Shown here one piece after another: positions 9,618 to 19,983 of a stretch of DNA of 64,000 bases. This DNA is from Rhodothermales bacterium (lineage in GTDB: Bacteria > Bacteroidota > Rhodothermia > Rhodothermales > UBA10348). Under the pieces are notes generated by a model. It ran no database searches and was not told the origin of the DNA. It was given only the letters and a program-made list of their open reading frames with translations. The stretch lies in the NCBI GenBank assembly GCA_028284865.1, contig JANQQV010000004.1, positions 5,467-69,466 of the forward strand. Direction: 5' to 3'. Numbering within the stretch: the stretch's first letter is position 1; every line of letters starts with the position of its first letter. The translations under genes and the position numbers were made by a program.

Positions 9618-10787
9618 ATGTCTTTTCTCTTCTCATCCGAGTCCGTTTCCGAAGGACACCCCGACAAGGTCGCCGATCAGATTTCTGATGCGATCCTAGA
9701 TGCCATGCTGGCCCAGGATGCTCACAGTCGAGTTGCCGTCGAGACGATGGTGACTACCGGCCTGGTTGTGCTGTCTGGAGAGGTTTCCACAGAGGCATAT
9801 GTGGATGTACAGGAAATTGCCCGCGACGTGATCCGTGAGATCGGATATGTCGACCCAACGCTCCGTTTCGATGCGGATTCCTGTGGCGTGCTCAGTTCCA
9901 TTCATGAGCAGAGCCCAGACATCGCCCAGGGTGTAGATGCTGACAAGGGGCTGTATCACGTACAGGGTGCCGGGGATCAGGGGATGATGTTTGGCTATGC
10001 CACGCGTGAGACTTCGGAGTTCATGCCCATGGCATTGAGTCTATCGCACGGCCTGATGCGCGAATTGGCGTCCATCAGGAAGAACGAGAAGATCATGCCT
10101 TACTTGCGCCCCGATTCGAAAGCGCAGGTCACCGTGGAGTACGAAGAGGATGGCAAGACCATCAAGCGTATCCACACGGTAGTAGTCTCTACGCAGCACA
10201 CGCCGGGCGTCGAGGTCGAGACCATCAAACAGGATGTTCGCAACATCCTGCTACCGAGGGTCATCCCGTCACCCCTGATGGACGAAGATCTTATTCTGCA
10301 TGTGAACCCGACTGGCCAGTTCGTGATTGGCGGTCCTCATGGGGACACGGGATTGACAGGACGCAAAATTATCGTAGACACCTACGGAGGAAAAGGTGCT
10401 CATGGGGGAGGCGCTTTCTCAGGAAAGGATCCGTCGAAAGTTGACCGCAGTGCGGCGTATGCCGCTCGCCACGTTGCCAAGAACCTGATCGGGGCCGACC
10501 TAGCCGATGAGGTGCTCGTTCAGGTAGCCTATGCTATTGGGGTTTCCGAGCCTATTTCAATCCATGTCGACACGTTCGGAACGGGCGCATTGGGTGATGA
10601 CCGTCTCGTGGGTGTAGTGAAGGAGGTATTCGACCTGCGTCCCAAGGCCATCATTGAGCGATTGGATCTGCTCAAACCCGGCTATGTGAATACCGCAGCG
10701 TACGGTCATTTCGGCCGGAACGAATTTTCTTGGGAAGCCTTGGATTGTGTAGATGCCTTGAAGTCAGCTGCCTCAATGATGGCATGA
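9618..10787 (+). CDS. metK: S-adenosylmethionine synthetase
   Basis: 389 aa with [46 protein letters not shown] and [16 protein letters not shown], the hallmark MAT motifs. Confidence 0.96.
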   Translation: MSFLFSSESVSEGHPDKVADQISDAILDAMLAQDAHSRVAVETMVTTGLVVLSGEVSTEAYVDVQEIARDVIREIGYVDPTLRFDADSCGVLSSIHEQSPDIAQGVDADKGLYHVQGAGDQGMMFGYATRETSEFMPMALSLSHGLMRELASIRKNEKIMPYLRPDSKAQVTVEYEEDGKTIKRIHTVVVSTQHTPGVEVETIKQDVRNILLPRVIPSPLMDEDLILHVNPTGQFVIGGPHGDTGLTGRKIIVDTYGGKGAHGGGAFSGKDPSKVDRSAAYAARHVAKNLIGADLADEVLVQVAYAIGVSEPISIHVDTFGTGALGDDRLVGVVKEVFDLRPKAIIERLDLLKPGYVNTAAYGHFGRNEFSWEALDCVDALKSAASMMA

Positions 10788-10898
10788 TGAACGGATACGA
10801 AGCGTAAAGCCTGATTATTCTGACTCTGCAAGCGAGTGCTCGCTTAGGCAGGTCGGAAGGCTACCGTTCTCCCATCAACTGACACGGTCTACGAATAC

Positions 10899-13800
10899 AT
10901 GCTTCGTTCCTTCCTAACGCTCGCAGGAGCGTTCCTGACGTCGTCGCTTTTCCTGTTTCCCAGCATGTCCTGGGCTCAGGAACGTGTGGGGTCTAAGGCG
11001 TCGTCACCACTGCCGAATTTCAAGACTGAGCGTGTTGGCGATGCCCGTTTGGATGTCAGCACGGGGCAGGTGCGGGCGCTGTACGAGGTTGCTGAGAAGC
11101 AGATTTATCGTGATGCAGAGCGTTTCATTCGCGAAGAGGCAGACCAGTTCGGCTGGAAGGAAGAGGGTGATGAGTTCGTTGTGGTCGAAGATGAGCGGCG
11201 AGACCGGAGCCGTCATGTCACGTTCCAGCAGACGTTTAAGGGCATACCCGTAGCTGGAAGAACCGTGCGTGTAAACCTGGACCGCATGGGACGGGTCAGC
11301 ATGGTGACCAGCGCATACGAAGCGGTATTGGCTAGCGAGGACGATTTTGATGTCTTGCCGACCGTAAGGGCAGCGGATGCGACTCGGGTAGCCACGTTGA
11401 TACTTGCAAGCGGTGATGCCCATTCGAGCGAACCGCGACTAGTCATTGCCAATCCGGAATCACCGCGGCTTGCATGGGAGTTGACCGTATGGCCTGATGA
11501 TGAGCCGGCCGAGTATCGAGTATGGGTGGATGCCCACACGTCGGACATCCTGTTTGTGGATGACCAGGCGCTTGAGAACCACAGTGGTCATGATCATCAT
11601 CACCACGGACACATCCATCGTATCGGTGATAAGAATCCAACCGGGTCCAAACAGACAGACGGTTCGGGATATGCGTTCGATCCGGACCCGCTGTTTGCAT
11701 CCGGAGCCTCCTACGGTCCTCCTTTCACGGACAACAATGACTTGACCAGCGCTGAACTGGACGCAGCTCGCACCACGGTCACTCTTCGAGACATCAGTCA
11801 GGACGATGACGGCAAGTGGATTTTGCAGGGGCCATTCGTCCAGATCGTGGGTCACACCGGGCATAGAGCAACTGTTTATGATCCGCCAGCGATGGATGCG
11901 CCGACCGATTTTTTCTTTGACCGGTCCGACAAGCGATTCGAGGCGGTCAATGTGTATTACCACATCGACAAGAATCAGCGCTATATCCAGAGTCTGGGCA
12001 TTCTGGATATCCAGGATGCAGGATTGGAGGTCAATCCGCACGGACTTACAAGCGATCAGTCCTTCTACTTTCCTGATCGAAACATGATCATTTATGGTTC
12101 CGGGGGAGTAGATGATGCTGAAGATCCATCGGTCATTCTACATGAGTATGGTCATGCGGTCCTGAATGCGGCTGCGCCAGGCTTGTTGGCTTCGACAGAG
12201 GGAAGGGCACTGCATGAAGGCTTCGCGGACTACTGGCAGGGGACCTACTACCGCCATCTGGTGGAAACGGGTCAAACGGGACGTAATGATTGGCGATGGG
12301 TATTCCTGTGGGATAGCGGTGAAGGCACTATCTGGCCGGGCCGGTATCTGGATAATCAAGGTATCTATCCTCAGGACGTCTGTGTAGCCTCAACGAACGG
12401 GTCAGGGTGCAGCGTACATCAGGACGGGACGATGTGGGCAACGACCTTGATGGAAGTCTATGACGATCTGGGCCGCACCATCACCGACCATCTGGTATTG
12501 CTTTCCCATTATTACCTGTCGGCACCGGTTACCTTTGCGGACGCTGCGCAAGCGGTCGTTCAAGCCGATTTTGACTACTATGATGGGGCCCACGTCTCGA
12601 CGCTGATTGAGGTATTCGCCGCTCGTGGTCTGGTGAGTGTTTTCGAGTATGGCCCGGTCATAGCGCACGAGCCGTTGCTCAGTATCGAGCAGAGCGGAAT
12701 TTCGATTCCGGTCGTCGCCGAAGTTCAGGGTTTTTCCTCGGATATCGCCACTGTCGAGGTGACCTGGTCCAGTCGTGACGTTGCGACCCAGACGGCGAGT
12801 TTGTCCCCCACGGGATCCAATAGGTTTGAAGGTCAGCTGCAATTGCCCGCAACCCCGGATACGGTGTTCTATTACCTGTCAGCTCGGGATGCGATAGGAA
12901 ATGTGACGTTCAAACCGACAGGTGCTCCTCAGGAGCAGCACTTTTTCCTCGTCGGAACGGACGAGGAAGCTCCCACGGTTGGACACCAAGCCTTGACTGC
13001 CGCCACCTTCCTCGACTGGCCCGTAGTCGTTGAGGGAAGTGCACAAGACAACTTTGGTCTGGAGTCTGTTGAGCTGAACTGGGAGCTGTTCAATCCTGAC
13101 GGCGCTGCAGTCAGCAGTGGGTCGGCGACCCTCGCCGAGCAGAATGGATCGTTTTCGCTCGACTTTCCGATACCGATCTCAGACTTGGAGAACGGGTCAC
13201 AAGTGGCATACTACATTGCAGCGACGGATGCATCGACTCGCAAGAACGTAACCCGTGTTCCCGAAAACGGTGTGTTCACATTCGAGGTCACAGCCGGCGG
13301 CGTATTGCGAGCATACTCGTTTGACGGTACCGAGGAAGAGGTCTCACTGGGCGGTGAGTGGGCAGCTGCTGCACCTGAGTTCGGAATGCGTGTTTCGCCT
13401 GCAGCCGGTGACGTGCTGGTCACGCGAGCGGGTGCTTCCTACTCGGATCAGCCATCGACATCAGTTGCGGAGCTACCGGCGTTGAACTTGAGCCGAACGG
13501 ATCCTGTGCATCTGCGGTTCTGGCATTTCTTTGACACGGAAGCAGATGGATTCCCGGACCCAGTGGGTACGGGAGGCAATTTTCATGATGGAGGTGTTCT
13601 CCAGGTCAGAACAAGCACGGATCCCGAGTGGCGTGTTTTGGCTCCCGTTGGGGGATACCCGGGCACTCTACTGGCATCCGGGCAGAATCCCCTGGAGGGC
13701 TTCTCCGCTTTTGGTGGTTTCAGTCAGGGATGGCGCCGCGTTTCGGCTGCCCTTCCTCAGGAAGACGGCGTTCAGGTACGTTTCGTCTTTGCGACGGACC

Positions 13801-14960
13801 AGGGCAATACAGGGAATGCCGACCGGTTTGCCGGTTGGATGATCGATGGTGTCAGTATTGGATCAAGCAGTGATATTGACCAGGCTGAACCCGCGTTTTC
13901 AGACGTTCCGGAGGCATTCCGCTTCCTGTCCACCACAGCAGCACTGCCTACAATCGAAACTGTGGCAACGGACGATCTCGGGATTCAGGACGCTTGGATG
14001 GAGTGGCAGCTGGTTTCGTCGGGTGCTTCGGAGTCTGGAACGGCGCGGATGAGCCAGCACCCCGACGACCTGAAGCGATTCTCGGTTGAGACTGATTTCC
14101 TGTTGGCACCTGAGCCTGGAAGTGAGCTCGCGTTCAACTTGCGCGTTCGGGATGTTGCCGGTCATGAACAGACTACGGGTCCGTTCTCCATTCGATTCCG
14201 TTTGTTCGGATCCTACGATGCGCTCTCGTCAGTGTGGACCAGCGGCAACTGGGAAGCGCAGGAGGAAGGATGGGTGTACCGCACGCGATTGGCCAATGCG
14301 TTGTCGGGTCTGGTGCTCGACCCTCGAGATACCGAGACCAATGCCCAGGCGTTGACCCTGGTGGTTGACCATGAACCCATGCTGACCGATGGAGCGGCAG
14401 GTTTGCTGGAATTGACGATCGACGAAGGTGCGACTTGGCTACCCTTGGAGCCCGAAGGCGGATACCCCGGCACGGCGCGCCTCGAGCCGGGCAACCCTTT
14501 GGATGGCCGTTCAGCGTTTGTTGGACCGCACACACGTACGGAATCGGTGTTTGACTTGTCGCCATGGATAGGCGAGCAGGTCCAGGTTCGATTCCTGGCG
14601 ACGTCAGAAGGCCATGTTGGGGACAACTACCACTGGCGACTTTTCTCTGCCCAGTTTAATGCGCAAACGGACAATGCTGCGTTTGAGCAAGCGTCTGAAT
14701 TCGAGCTTCAAGACGCCTACCCCAATCCGTTTGTCGAGAAGTCCCGTCTCACCTGGTCGTTGGAGGAAGCCGGTCCGGTTACCATCGAGATCTATGACAG
14801 CATAGGCCGTCGTGTGGCGACAGTAGTGGATGGCAACTTCGAAGCAGGTTCTCACGCGGTGACCTGGGACGCGCCGGGCACGCCCGCAGGCGTCTACTTC
14901 GTTCGTCTCCAATCAGGAGGCAGACAGGCGACTCAAACACTGGTTCGTGTGGCGCGCTGA
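10899..14960 (+). CDS. Large secreted zinc metalloprotease (FTP/PepSY propeptide plus M36/M4-like HExxH...EGxADYW core) with a T9SS C-terminal sorting domain
   Basis: Signal peptide MLRSFLTLAGAFLTSSLFLFPSMSWAQE. Propeptide-like region. His-rich tract HSGHDHHHHGHIH. Catalytic motif ILHEYGHAV...LHEGFADYW. Two homologous ~150-aa modules (GGYPGT..., NPL(E/D)G.SAF.G) lie downstream. The C-terminus AYPNPF...GVYFVRLQSGG....LVRVAR is a type-A T9SS sorting domain. Confidence 0.8.
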   Translation: MLRSFLTLAGAFLTSSLFLFPSMSWAQERVGSKASSPLPNFKTERVGDARLDVSTGQVRALYEVAEKQIYRDAERFIREEADQFGWKEEGDEFVVVEDERRDRSRHVTFQQTFKGIPVAGRTVRVNLDRMGRVSMVTSAYEAVLASEDDFDVLPTVRAADATRVATLILASGDAHSSEPRLVIANPESPRLAWELTVWPDDEPAEYRVWVDAHTSDILFVDDQALENHSGHDHHHHGHIHRIGDKNPTGSKQTDGSGYAFDPDPLFASGASYGPPFTDNNDLTSAELDAARTTVTLRDISQDDDGKWILQGPFVQIVGHTGHRATVYDPPAMDAPTDFFFDRSDKRFEAVNVYYHIDKNQRYIQSLGILDIQDAGLEVNPHGLTSDQSFYFPDRNMIIYGSGGVDDAEDPSVILHEYGHAVLNAAAPGLLASTEGRALHEGFADYWQGTYYRHLVETGQTGRNDWRWVFLWDSGEGTIWPGRYLDNQGIYPQDVCVASTNGSGCSVHQDGTMWATTLMEVYDDLGRTITDHLVLLSHYYLSAPVTFADAAQAVVQADFDYYDGAHVSTLIEVFAARGLVSVFEYGPVIAHEPLLSIEQSGISIPVVAEVQGFSSDIATVEVTWSSRDVATQTASLSPTGSNRFEGQLQLPATPDTVFYYLSARDAIGNVTFKPTGAPQEQHFFLVGTDEEAPTVGHQALTAATFLDWPVVVEGSAQDNFGLESVELNWELFNPDGAAVSSGSATLAEQNGSFSLDFPIPISDLENGSQVAYYIAATDASTRKNVTRVPENGVFTFEVTAGGVLRAYSFDGTEEEVSLGGEWAAAAPEFGMRVSPAAGDVLVTRAGASYSDQPSTSVAELPALNLSRTDPVHLRFWHFFDTEADGFPDPVGTGGNFHDGGVLQVRTSTDPEWRVLAPVGGYPGTLLASGQNPLEGFSAFGGFSQGWRRVSAALPQEDGVQVRFVFATDQGNTGNADRFAGWMIDGVSIGSSSDIDQAEPAFSDVPEAFRFLSTTAALPTIETVATDDLGIQDAWMEWQLVSSGASESGTARMSQHPDDLKRFSVETDFLLAPEPGSELAFNLRVRDVAGHEQTTGPFSIRFRLFGSYDALSSVWTSGNWEAQEEGWVYRTRLANALSGLVLDPRDTETNAQALTLVVDHEPMLTDGAAGLLELTIDEGATWLPLEPEGGYPGTARLEPGNPLDGRSAFVGPHTRTESVFDLSPWIGEQVQVRFLATSEGHVGDNYHWRLFSAQFNAQTDNAAFEQASEFELQDAYPNPFVEKSRLTWSLEEAGPVTIEIYDSIGRRVATVVDGNFEAGSHAVTWDAPGTPAGVYFVRLQSGGRQATQTLVRVAR

Positions 14961-15060
14961 GCACCGCCCATGAATGCCGGGTGTGCTGGCTGATCGGCGG
15001 GTTTCGCATGACCTCGCCTTGATATCAGATCAACGCCTCGACTTCCATCCAAATATGAAA

Positions 15061-15090
15061 CGGGCGGGGCGCCATTCGGCGCCCCGCCCG
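15061..15090. terminator. Bidirectional GC-rich terminator hairpin between convergent genes
   Basis: Perfect 13-bp stem cgggcggggcgcc / ggcgccccgcccg with loop attc. It is flanked by A/T-rich runs on both sides (aaatatgaaa ... tcctgtattt) and lies between the protease (+) and ferredoxin (-) stops. Confidence 0.65.
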
Positions 15091-15126
15091 TCCTGTATTT
15101 CGAGCGAGAGGTCTGTTTGAACGAAC

Positions 15127-15477
15127 TCAGGCGTCCGTTTCCCAGGTAAGGATATCCTGCTCGGTCTTTTCCTTGCCGGCCCATGCTTCCGCATCTGGCA
15201 GCGGGTCTTTCTTCTCGGTAATGTTGTAACCGAGCGCCTGCCACTGATTGGCGAGATAGGTATTCCACTCGGCGTAATGCGCCATTTCGTCCGGTAGTTC
15301 ATCGTCGGCGTAAATGGCCTCCACCGGGCAGACAGGCACGCAGGCGTTGCAGTCGATACACTCATCGGGGTGGATGACGAGGAAGTTGGGGCCCTCGTAA
15401 AAACAATCCACCGGACATACTTCCACACAATCGGTGTGCTTGCAGTTGATGCAGGCCTCTGTAACGACGTACGGCAT
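15127..15477 (-). CDS. fdxA: 7Fe ferredoxin ([3Fe-4S][4Fe-4S], FdxA type)
   Basis: 116 aa from ATG 15477. It begins [29 protein letters not shown] and continues with [16 protein letters not shown], the classic Azotobacter-type ferredoxin I pattern. The longer ORF in the track is an over-extension. Confidence 0.9.
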   Translation of the reverse strand: MPYVVTEACINCKHTDCVEVCPVDCFYEGPNFLVIHPDECIDCNACVPVCPVEAIYADDELPDEMAHYAEWNTYLANQWQALGYNITEKKDPLPDAEAWAGKEKTEQDILTWETDA

Positions 15478-15633
15478 GGTTCTCTCTTTGAATGGGCGGG
15501 TGGCGAATCCCGCATTCGTCAATTCCGTAAGTTGATTCATCCGGGAGGGCATCCTTCCCGCTGCTGAATCCTGGCAACGCCAGCGATCAAGATAGTACAT
15601 GAAGGGGTTTGACAATACCCCGGATTCGCACAA

Positions 15634-16023
15634 TTGAAAACACCACTCACGTTCTGGTCAGACCGAGGCAACAGGCCCCTCGAAGGGAATTCGGTACTTG
15701 CGCCCGGTCTCATCATACCGGATGCATTTCGGTACTGGCGTCATCCACGGCAGCGCGCTGCATTCGAGGCCACCATCTGGATAGTGGGACTGTTGGGAGT
15801 AGGCCTTGCCGACCCCACCCAGCCGTCTGTGATTGAGCTGTGCGTATTCAAAGCCCTCGGGTTTTCAGGTGGTCCGGGCTGCGGCCTCGGACACGCCATG
15901 GGGTTCCTGTTCAGGGCTGAATGGTCCCTGGCCATCCAGTCACATTGGTTGTCGCCTTTTGTCCTGGTCGTTCTGCTTTCCAGAATTGGTTCTTTGATGC
16001 GCGAAGCCATCACCGCCAAGTAA
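15634..16023 (+). CDS. Membrane protein, DUF2752-like (degenerate CPxCG motif)
   Basis: The segment [23 protein letters not shown] resembles the C.F....G..CPGCG.TRA core of DUF2752, followed by a hydrophobic helix. It sits directly upstream of a TM2 gene. The start is uncertain, since the only candidate is a TTG. Confidence 0.45.
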   Translation: MKTPLTFWSDRGNRPLEGNSVLAPGLIIPDAFRYWRHPRQRAAFEATIWIVGLLGVGLADPTQPSVIELCVFKALGFSGGPGCGLGHAMGFLFRAEWSLAIQSHWLSPFVLVVLLSRIGSLMREAITAK

Positions 16024-16049
16024 TTTCCATCACGGTTTCCACGTCTACC

Positions 16050-16436
16050 ATGTCCAAAGTCATCAAGTACATGCCCGAGCTGCAGGGAGATGAGCAGCTG
16101 ACCATCGCCAAGCTCATGACTGAAATGACGGAGGAGCAGGCCGAGCAATTTGCCCGCGTGTATCGGCAGCGGCGAAAGGATGAAATCACGGTCCTTCTGA
16201 CGACCCTACTGGCCATCATTGGGATTGCCGGGGTCAATCGATTCTATCTGGGACAGATCGGGATGGGGTTGGCGTACTTGTTCACGGCTGGATTTTGCCT
16301 GATCGGTACCATCGTGGACGTATTCAATTTTCGATCACTGACCGCTGGCTACAACGAGAAACAGGCACTCGACGTGAGCATGCTGATTCACGGCGCGTTT
16401 CCTGCTACACTTCCAGAAGGGAAAGACGGAGACTGA
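16050..16436 (+). CDS. TM2 domain-containing membrane protein
   Basis: 128 aa from ATG 16050. It has two helices with GIAGVNRFYLGQIGMGLAYLFTAGFCLIGTIVD, the TM2 signature (G.hG.hRFYlG). Confidence 0.7.
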   Translation: MSKVIKYMPELQGDEQLTIAKLMTEMTEEQAEQFARVYRQRRKDEITVLLTTLLAIIGIAGVNRFYLGQIGMGLAYLFTAGFCLIGTIVDVFNFRSLTAGYNEKQALDVSMLIHGAFPATLPEGKDGD

Positions 16437-16440
16437 TTTC

Positions 16441-17574
16441 ATGACGTCGAGGTTCGCTGGTATGCATTCATCCGCAGCTATCCTGGCGGTGGTTTTCTCC
16501 CTTACCGTGACGGGCTGCCTTCCAGAGCCTGCCCCCGCACCGGATCCTCGCCTGGAGCAAATCAATCTTCCAGACGGGTACACCATCAGTGTCTATGCGG
16601 ACAGCGTCGACAATGCGCGTTCGATGGATCTGTCACCGTCGGGCGTGCTGTACGTGGGTACGCGTCGAGCAGGGAAAGTGCATGCATTGATCGATACGGA
16701 TGGGGATGGCACGGTTGACGAACGCCACGTGATTGCGGAGGGCCTGACCATGCCGAATGGCGTGGCCTTCAAGGACGGGTCCTTGTTTGTCGCAGAGGTC
16801 AATCGGATCCTTCGCTATGATGACATCGAGAACAGGTTAGCCAGTCCACTTGCCCCCGTCGTCGTGAGTGAGGACTTTCCATCGGACCGCCATCATGGCT
16901 GGAAATACATCGCGTTCGGCCCCGATGGCATGCTGTACGTACCCGTGGGAGCACCTTGCAATGTGTGTGATCGGGGAGATCCGTACGCCGCCATCCTCCG
17001 CATGAATCCCGATGGTTCGGGCCAGGAGGTTTATGCTCGTGGCGTCCGTAATACAGTGGGTTTCACCTGGCATCCCGAAACGGAAGAGCTCTGGTTCACC
17101 GACAACGGTCGTGACAACATGGGTGATGACGTTCCAGCCTGTGAACTCAATCACGCTCCGGAGGCGGGGATGGATTTCGGATTCCCGCACGTTCACGGTA
17201 CATCAGTGCTGGATCCGGAATTCGGCGAGGGTGCTGATCCGGGTAGTTTTGTGGCTCCCGTACAAGAATTGGGGCCGCATGTGGCGCCGCTCGGCATGGA
17301 GTTCATGCCGCATGAGGAAGGCGAAACGGGCGACCGAGTGTTGATTGCCGAGCACGGATCCTGGAATCGCTCCGAAAAGATCGGATACCGGGTGACCATG
17401 GTCCACCTTGATTCCACGGGCGCTGCCGTTTCATACGAGCCGTTCGCAGACGGTTGGCTACAGGGGGAAGAGGCGTGGGGTCGCCCGGTGGATCTGGAGT
17501 ATCTCCCGGATGGAAGCCTGCTGGTCTCCGATGACTTTGGAAGCCGCATCTTCCGGATCAGTCGAACCGACTAG
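16441..17574 (+). CDS. PQQ-dependent sugar (glucose/sorbosone) dehydrogenase-family lipoprotein
   Basis: Lipobox LTVTGC, followed by a beta-propeller pattern (PNGVAF, RNTVGF.WHP, LWFTDNGRD, ELN). It starts 4 nt after the TM2 gene. Confidence 0.78.
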   Translation: MTSRFAGMHSSAAILAVVFSLTVTGCLPEPAPAPDPRLEQINLPDGYTISVYADSVDNARSMDLSPSGVLYVGTRRAGKVHALIDTDGDGTVDERHVIAEGLTMPNGVAFKDGSLFVAEVNRILRYDDIENRLASPLAPVVVSEDFPSDRHHGWKYIAFGPDGMLYVPVGAPCNVCDRGDPYAAILRMNPDGSGQEVYARGVRNTVGFTWHPETEELWFTDNGRDNMGDDVPACELNHAPEAGMDFGFPHVHGTSVLDPEFGEGADPGSFVAPVQELGPHVAPLGMEFMPHEEGETGDRVLIAEHGSWNRSEKIGYRVTMVHLDSTGAAVSYEPFADGWLQGEEAWGRPVDLEYLPDGSLLVSDDFGSRIFRISRTD

Positions 17575-17620
17575 GCGCATTTTCGACGCTAAGTTGGTCG
17601 ACCCTGTCCGACCGAGATGA

Positions 17621-19489
17621 TCAGCGGACGAGCGAGACCAGCCGTGTTGCGCTGTTTGAGCCACTGACCAGGCGCACCAGATACGTCCCGCTGGAGAGAT
17701 TTCCTGCATCCAGGGAAACGGAGTGCGAACCGGCTGGAAGGATTCCGTGATCGGCCCGATCAACGACGCGACCCAGCATGTCGAGCATCTCCAGCATGAC
17801 CGGACCTGATTGGTCCAGCTCCAAGTTTACAGTCGCTGCGTGCGAAAATGGATTGGGATAAACCGACTGGAGCCCGAAAGGGGCTGGGATGGCTGGCTCA
17901 TCTGCTACATCGGTTGCCAGGGAAAGCGGCGTCCATCCCGCGCTCAATGAGCTGCGATCTCCGATCGCAACTTCGGGGCGCTCGTGGACCAGGACGAACG
18001 TGATGGTTTCAAACTCGCCATCGACCGTGATCTGATCCTGAGAGGGTTCGATATCTCTGAAGGACATCGATCCATCCGTCGACTCAAGAATCAGACGCGC
18101 TCTATTCCGCTCCGTCTTGGTCTCGTAAAAGATACCAGTCGGATCCGGCGTGTCATATACCAGGCTGACGTTGGACACTTGGCTGAGCTGCAGATAGTGA
18201 ACAGCACCAGAATTGATGTTCTCCTCAAACTCGAACGTGAAGCCTCCTTCTCCACTTGTGGATGGAAGCTCACCGTTGATGGGAGGTGAGGTCAAGAACG
18301 CCTGGTGCGACGAGCGTTCAGGTTCGTTGTACCCGAAGCGCGGATCGATCGACTTGTCATTCAATCGGTTGGCTGTGTGATAATCCAGGATGACATCCGA
18401 AAGGCTGGACCCGTGCAGGGCCAGGACGGAATCCATCCCTGCCGCGCCTTTCTTTTGTGTATCCCGGAGCATTTGACCGACCACATTGGGTCCGTGCTGC
18501 TCGCCGATGTACGTAATAAACAATCCGCCACGTTCGTACCCACGGGCGCCTACCGATACCTGGTCTGGCCTCCAGGTAAACAAAGGAAGGGACACTTCAG
18601 CCGGACTGGCTACGAATCCTACGCCGCGCCAGTAGAAACCATTCATCACCATGGCGTACTCGGCATAGCCTTCTGAAAGGAAGGTTTGGTCAGAGCCAAA
18701 CGCCTGGTGAACGAGATGCGTGTATTCGTGCGCAGCGATGACGGAAAGCGTGGAGACGTTGCGGGTACCCTCGTTGGAGTCCAGATAAAGCACATCGCGC
18801 TGGTTGCCAACGCCGTCCGGGGGATTCTGGACCAGGTCAGCCGGGTGAACATATCCCAGTACTCCACTGGTGCGGATATCGTACATGAGAATATCGACGA
18901 GGCCGTCTCCATCGACATTCGGCGGCAGACCGAAAACATCATGGATGTTCGCAAATGTGCCTTGTGCCGGGTTGACAGACCGGGAGGGAGTTGCATCATG
19001 AATGGATGCCTGAAGCTGAGCAATCTTGGTCGGCGTCACGTTGCCGTTGTTCAGCTCCTCAACCTCAACCCACAAATAGTAGAGACTCGTCTTGTCGACG
19101 AGTTCGAACTCGAGCGGCATCCAGTTGTCTTCGTTCACATTGAACACTTGTCGGTCTCCAACGTCGGGATCAGCGTGGCCTTTACGAGCAATCGGATAGA
19201 CTCCGGCTTCTCGGTCGGCCATGAATTGTGCGATGGCTGCCTTGGCGGAAGGGTCCGAAAAGTCCGTTCCGCACCAGTGTTCGCCAGGCCCGTGATCGTG
19301 TCCCGCGTGAGAGTTCGGATGCAGCACGGATCCAAGTGCCGATGGTGTCAGCACTGTCCGCGTATCGTGGACACTGCGTCCCGTCTCTGCTACATTGGAG
19401 CCGTCGGAATCCTGTGCGGTCGAGGTCGCCACCGGGGAGACCATCAGGGCCAGAAGCAGCAAGAAAGGCGTCTTTGCGAGCGATTTCAT
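17621..19489 (-). CDS. Secreted HExxH zinc-metalloprotease-like protein with T9SS C-terminal sorting domain
   Basis: The start at ATG 19489 gives the signal peptide MKSLAKTPFLLLLALMVSPVATSTAQ. Catalytic motif IAAHEYTHLV...FLSEGYAEYA. C-terminus VYPNPF...GTYLVRLVSG....LVSLVR. It is a paralogue of 19984-22431. Confidence 0.75.
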   Translation of the reverse strand: MKSLAKTPFLLLLALMVSPVATSTAQDSDGSNVAETGRSVHDTRTVLTPSALGSVLHPNSHAGHDHGPGEHWCGTDFSDPSAKAAIAQFMADREAGVYPIARKGHADPDVGDRQVFNVNEDNWMPLEFELVDKTSLYYLWVEVEELNNGNVTPTKIAQLQASIHDATPSRSVNPAQGTFANIHDVFGLPPNVDGDGLVDILMYDIRTSGVLGYVHPADLVQNPPDGVGNQRDVLYLDSNEGTRNVSTLSVIAAHEYTHLVHQAFGSDQTFLSEGYAEYAMVMNGFYWRGVGFVASPAEVSLPLFTWRPDQVSVGARGYERGGLFITYIGEQHGPNVVGQMLRDTQKKGAAGMDSVLALHGSSLSDVILDYHTANRLNDKSIDPRFGYNEPERSSHQAFLTSPPINGELPSTSGEGGFTFEFEENINSGAVHYLQLSQVSNVSLVYDTPDPTGIFYETKTERNRARLILESTDGSMSFRDIEPSQDQITVDGEFETITFVLVHERPEVAIGDRSSLSAGWTPLSLATDVADEPAIPAPFGLQSVYPNPFSHAATVNLELDQSGPVMLEMLDMLGRVVDRADHGILPAGSHSVSLDAGNLSSGTYLVRLVSGSNSATRLVSLVR

Positions 19490-19624
19490 ACGCAGCCGGA
19501 AATTCGGCACACTTCGTGTATGCATCCGATGAGTTCGATCTCCTAACCTAGAGGCACCATCATGGGTTTCTCCGTTCAGCCACTGATATCGCGGACTCGT
19601 CTTCTTACGCATCGCCTTCAGGCG

Positions 19625-19933
19625 ATGTCGGCGATGGTCATCACCCTGTCCATTGTCGCTATGGGAGTTACCGGGTGTGCCTCATCATCCCAGATGGAAG
19701 GTGATGTCATCACGGTCACCGGTGACATCACCGTGCGCGGAAACGTGCCCTTCAACGAGGTCATTCTCATCACGGATGACAACAACTGGTATATCCTGGA
19801 TCTGACTGACGATCAGCGGGACACGCTGCTGACACCTGCGAGGGCCGAGGTGACGGGTGCCATTCGACTTGGGGAGTGGAATGGCCGAGCATTCACGCGC
19901 ATGACGGTCCGCGAGATCATTCTGGCCCAGTAA
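19625..19933 (+). CDS. Small putative lipoprotein, unknown function
   Basis: Lipobox-like signal MSAMVITLSIVAMGVTGC, then an ~85-aa mature part predicted to be beta-rich. The ORF track start at 19562 is also possible. It lies between the two paralogous T9SS proteins. Confidence 0.5.
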   Translation: MSAMVITLSIVAMGVTGCASSSQMEGDVITVTGDITVRGNVPFNEVILITDDNNWYILDLTDDQRDTLLTPARAEVTGAIRLGEWNGRAFTRMTVREIILAQ

Positions 19934-19983
19934 GACCCCGATCAATCAGAGGAGTCACGCTGAAGCGATCCCAGCCTGGCAGA

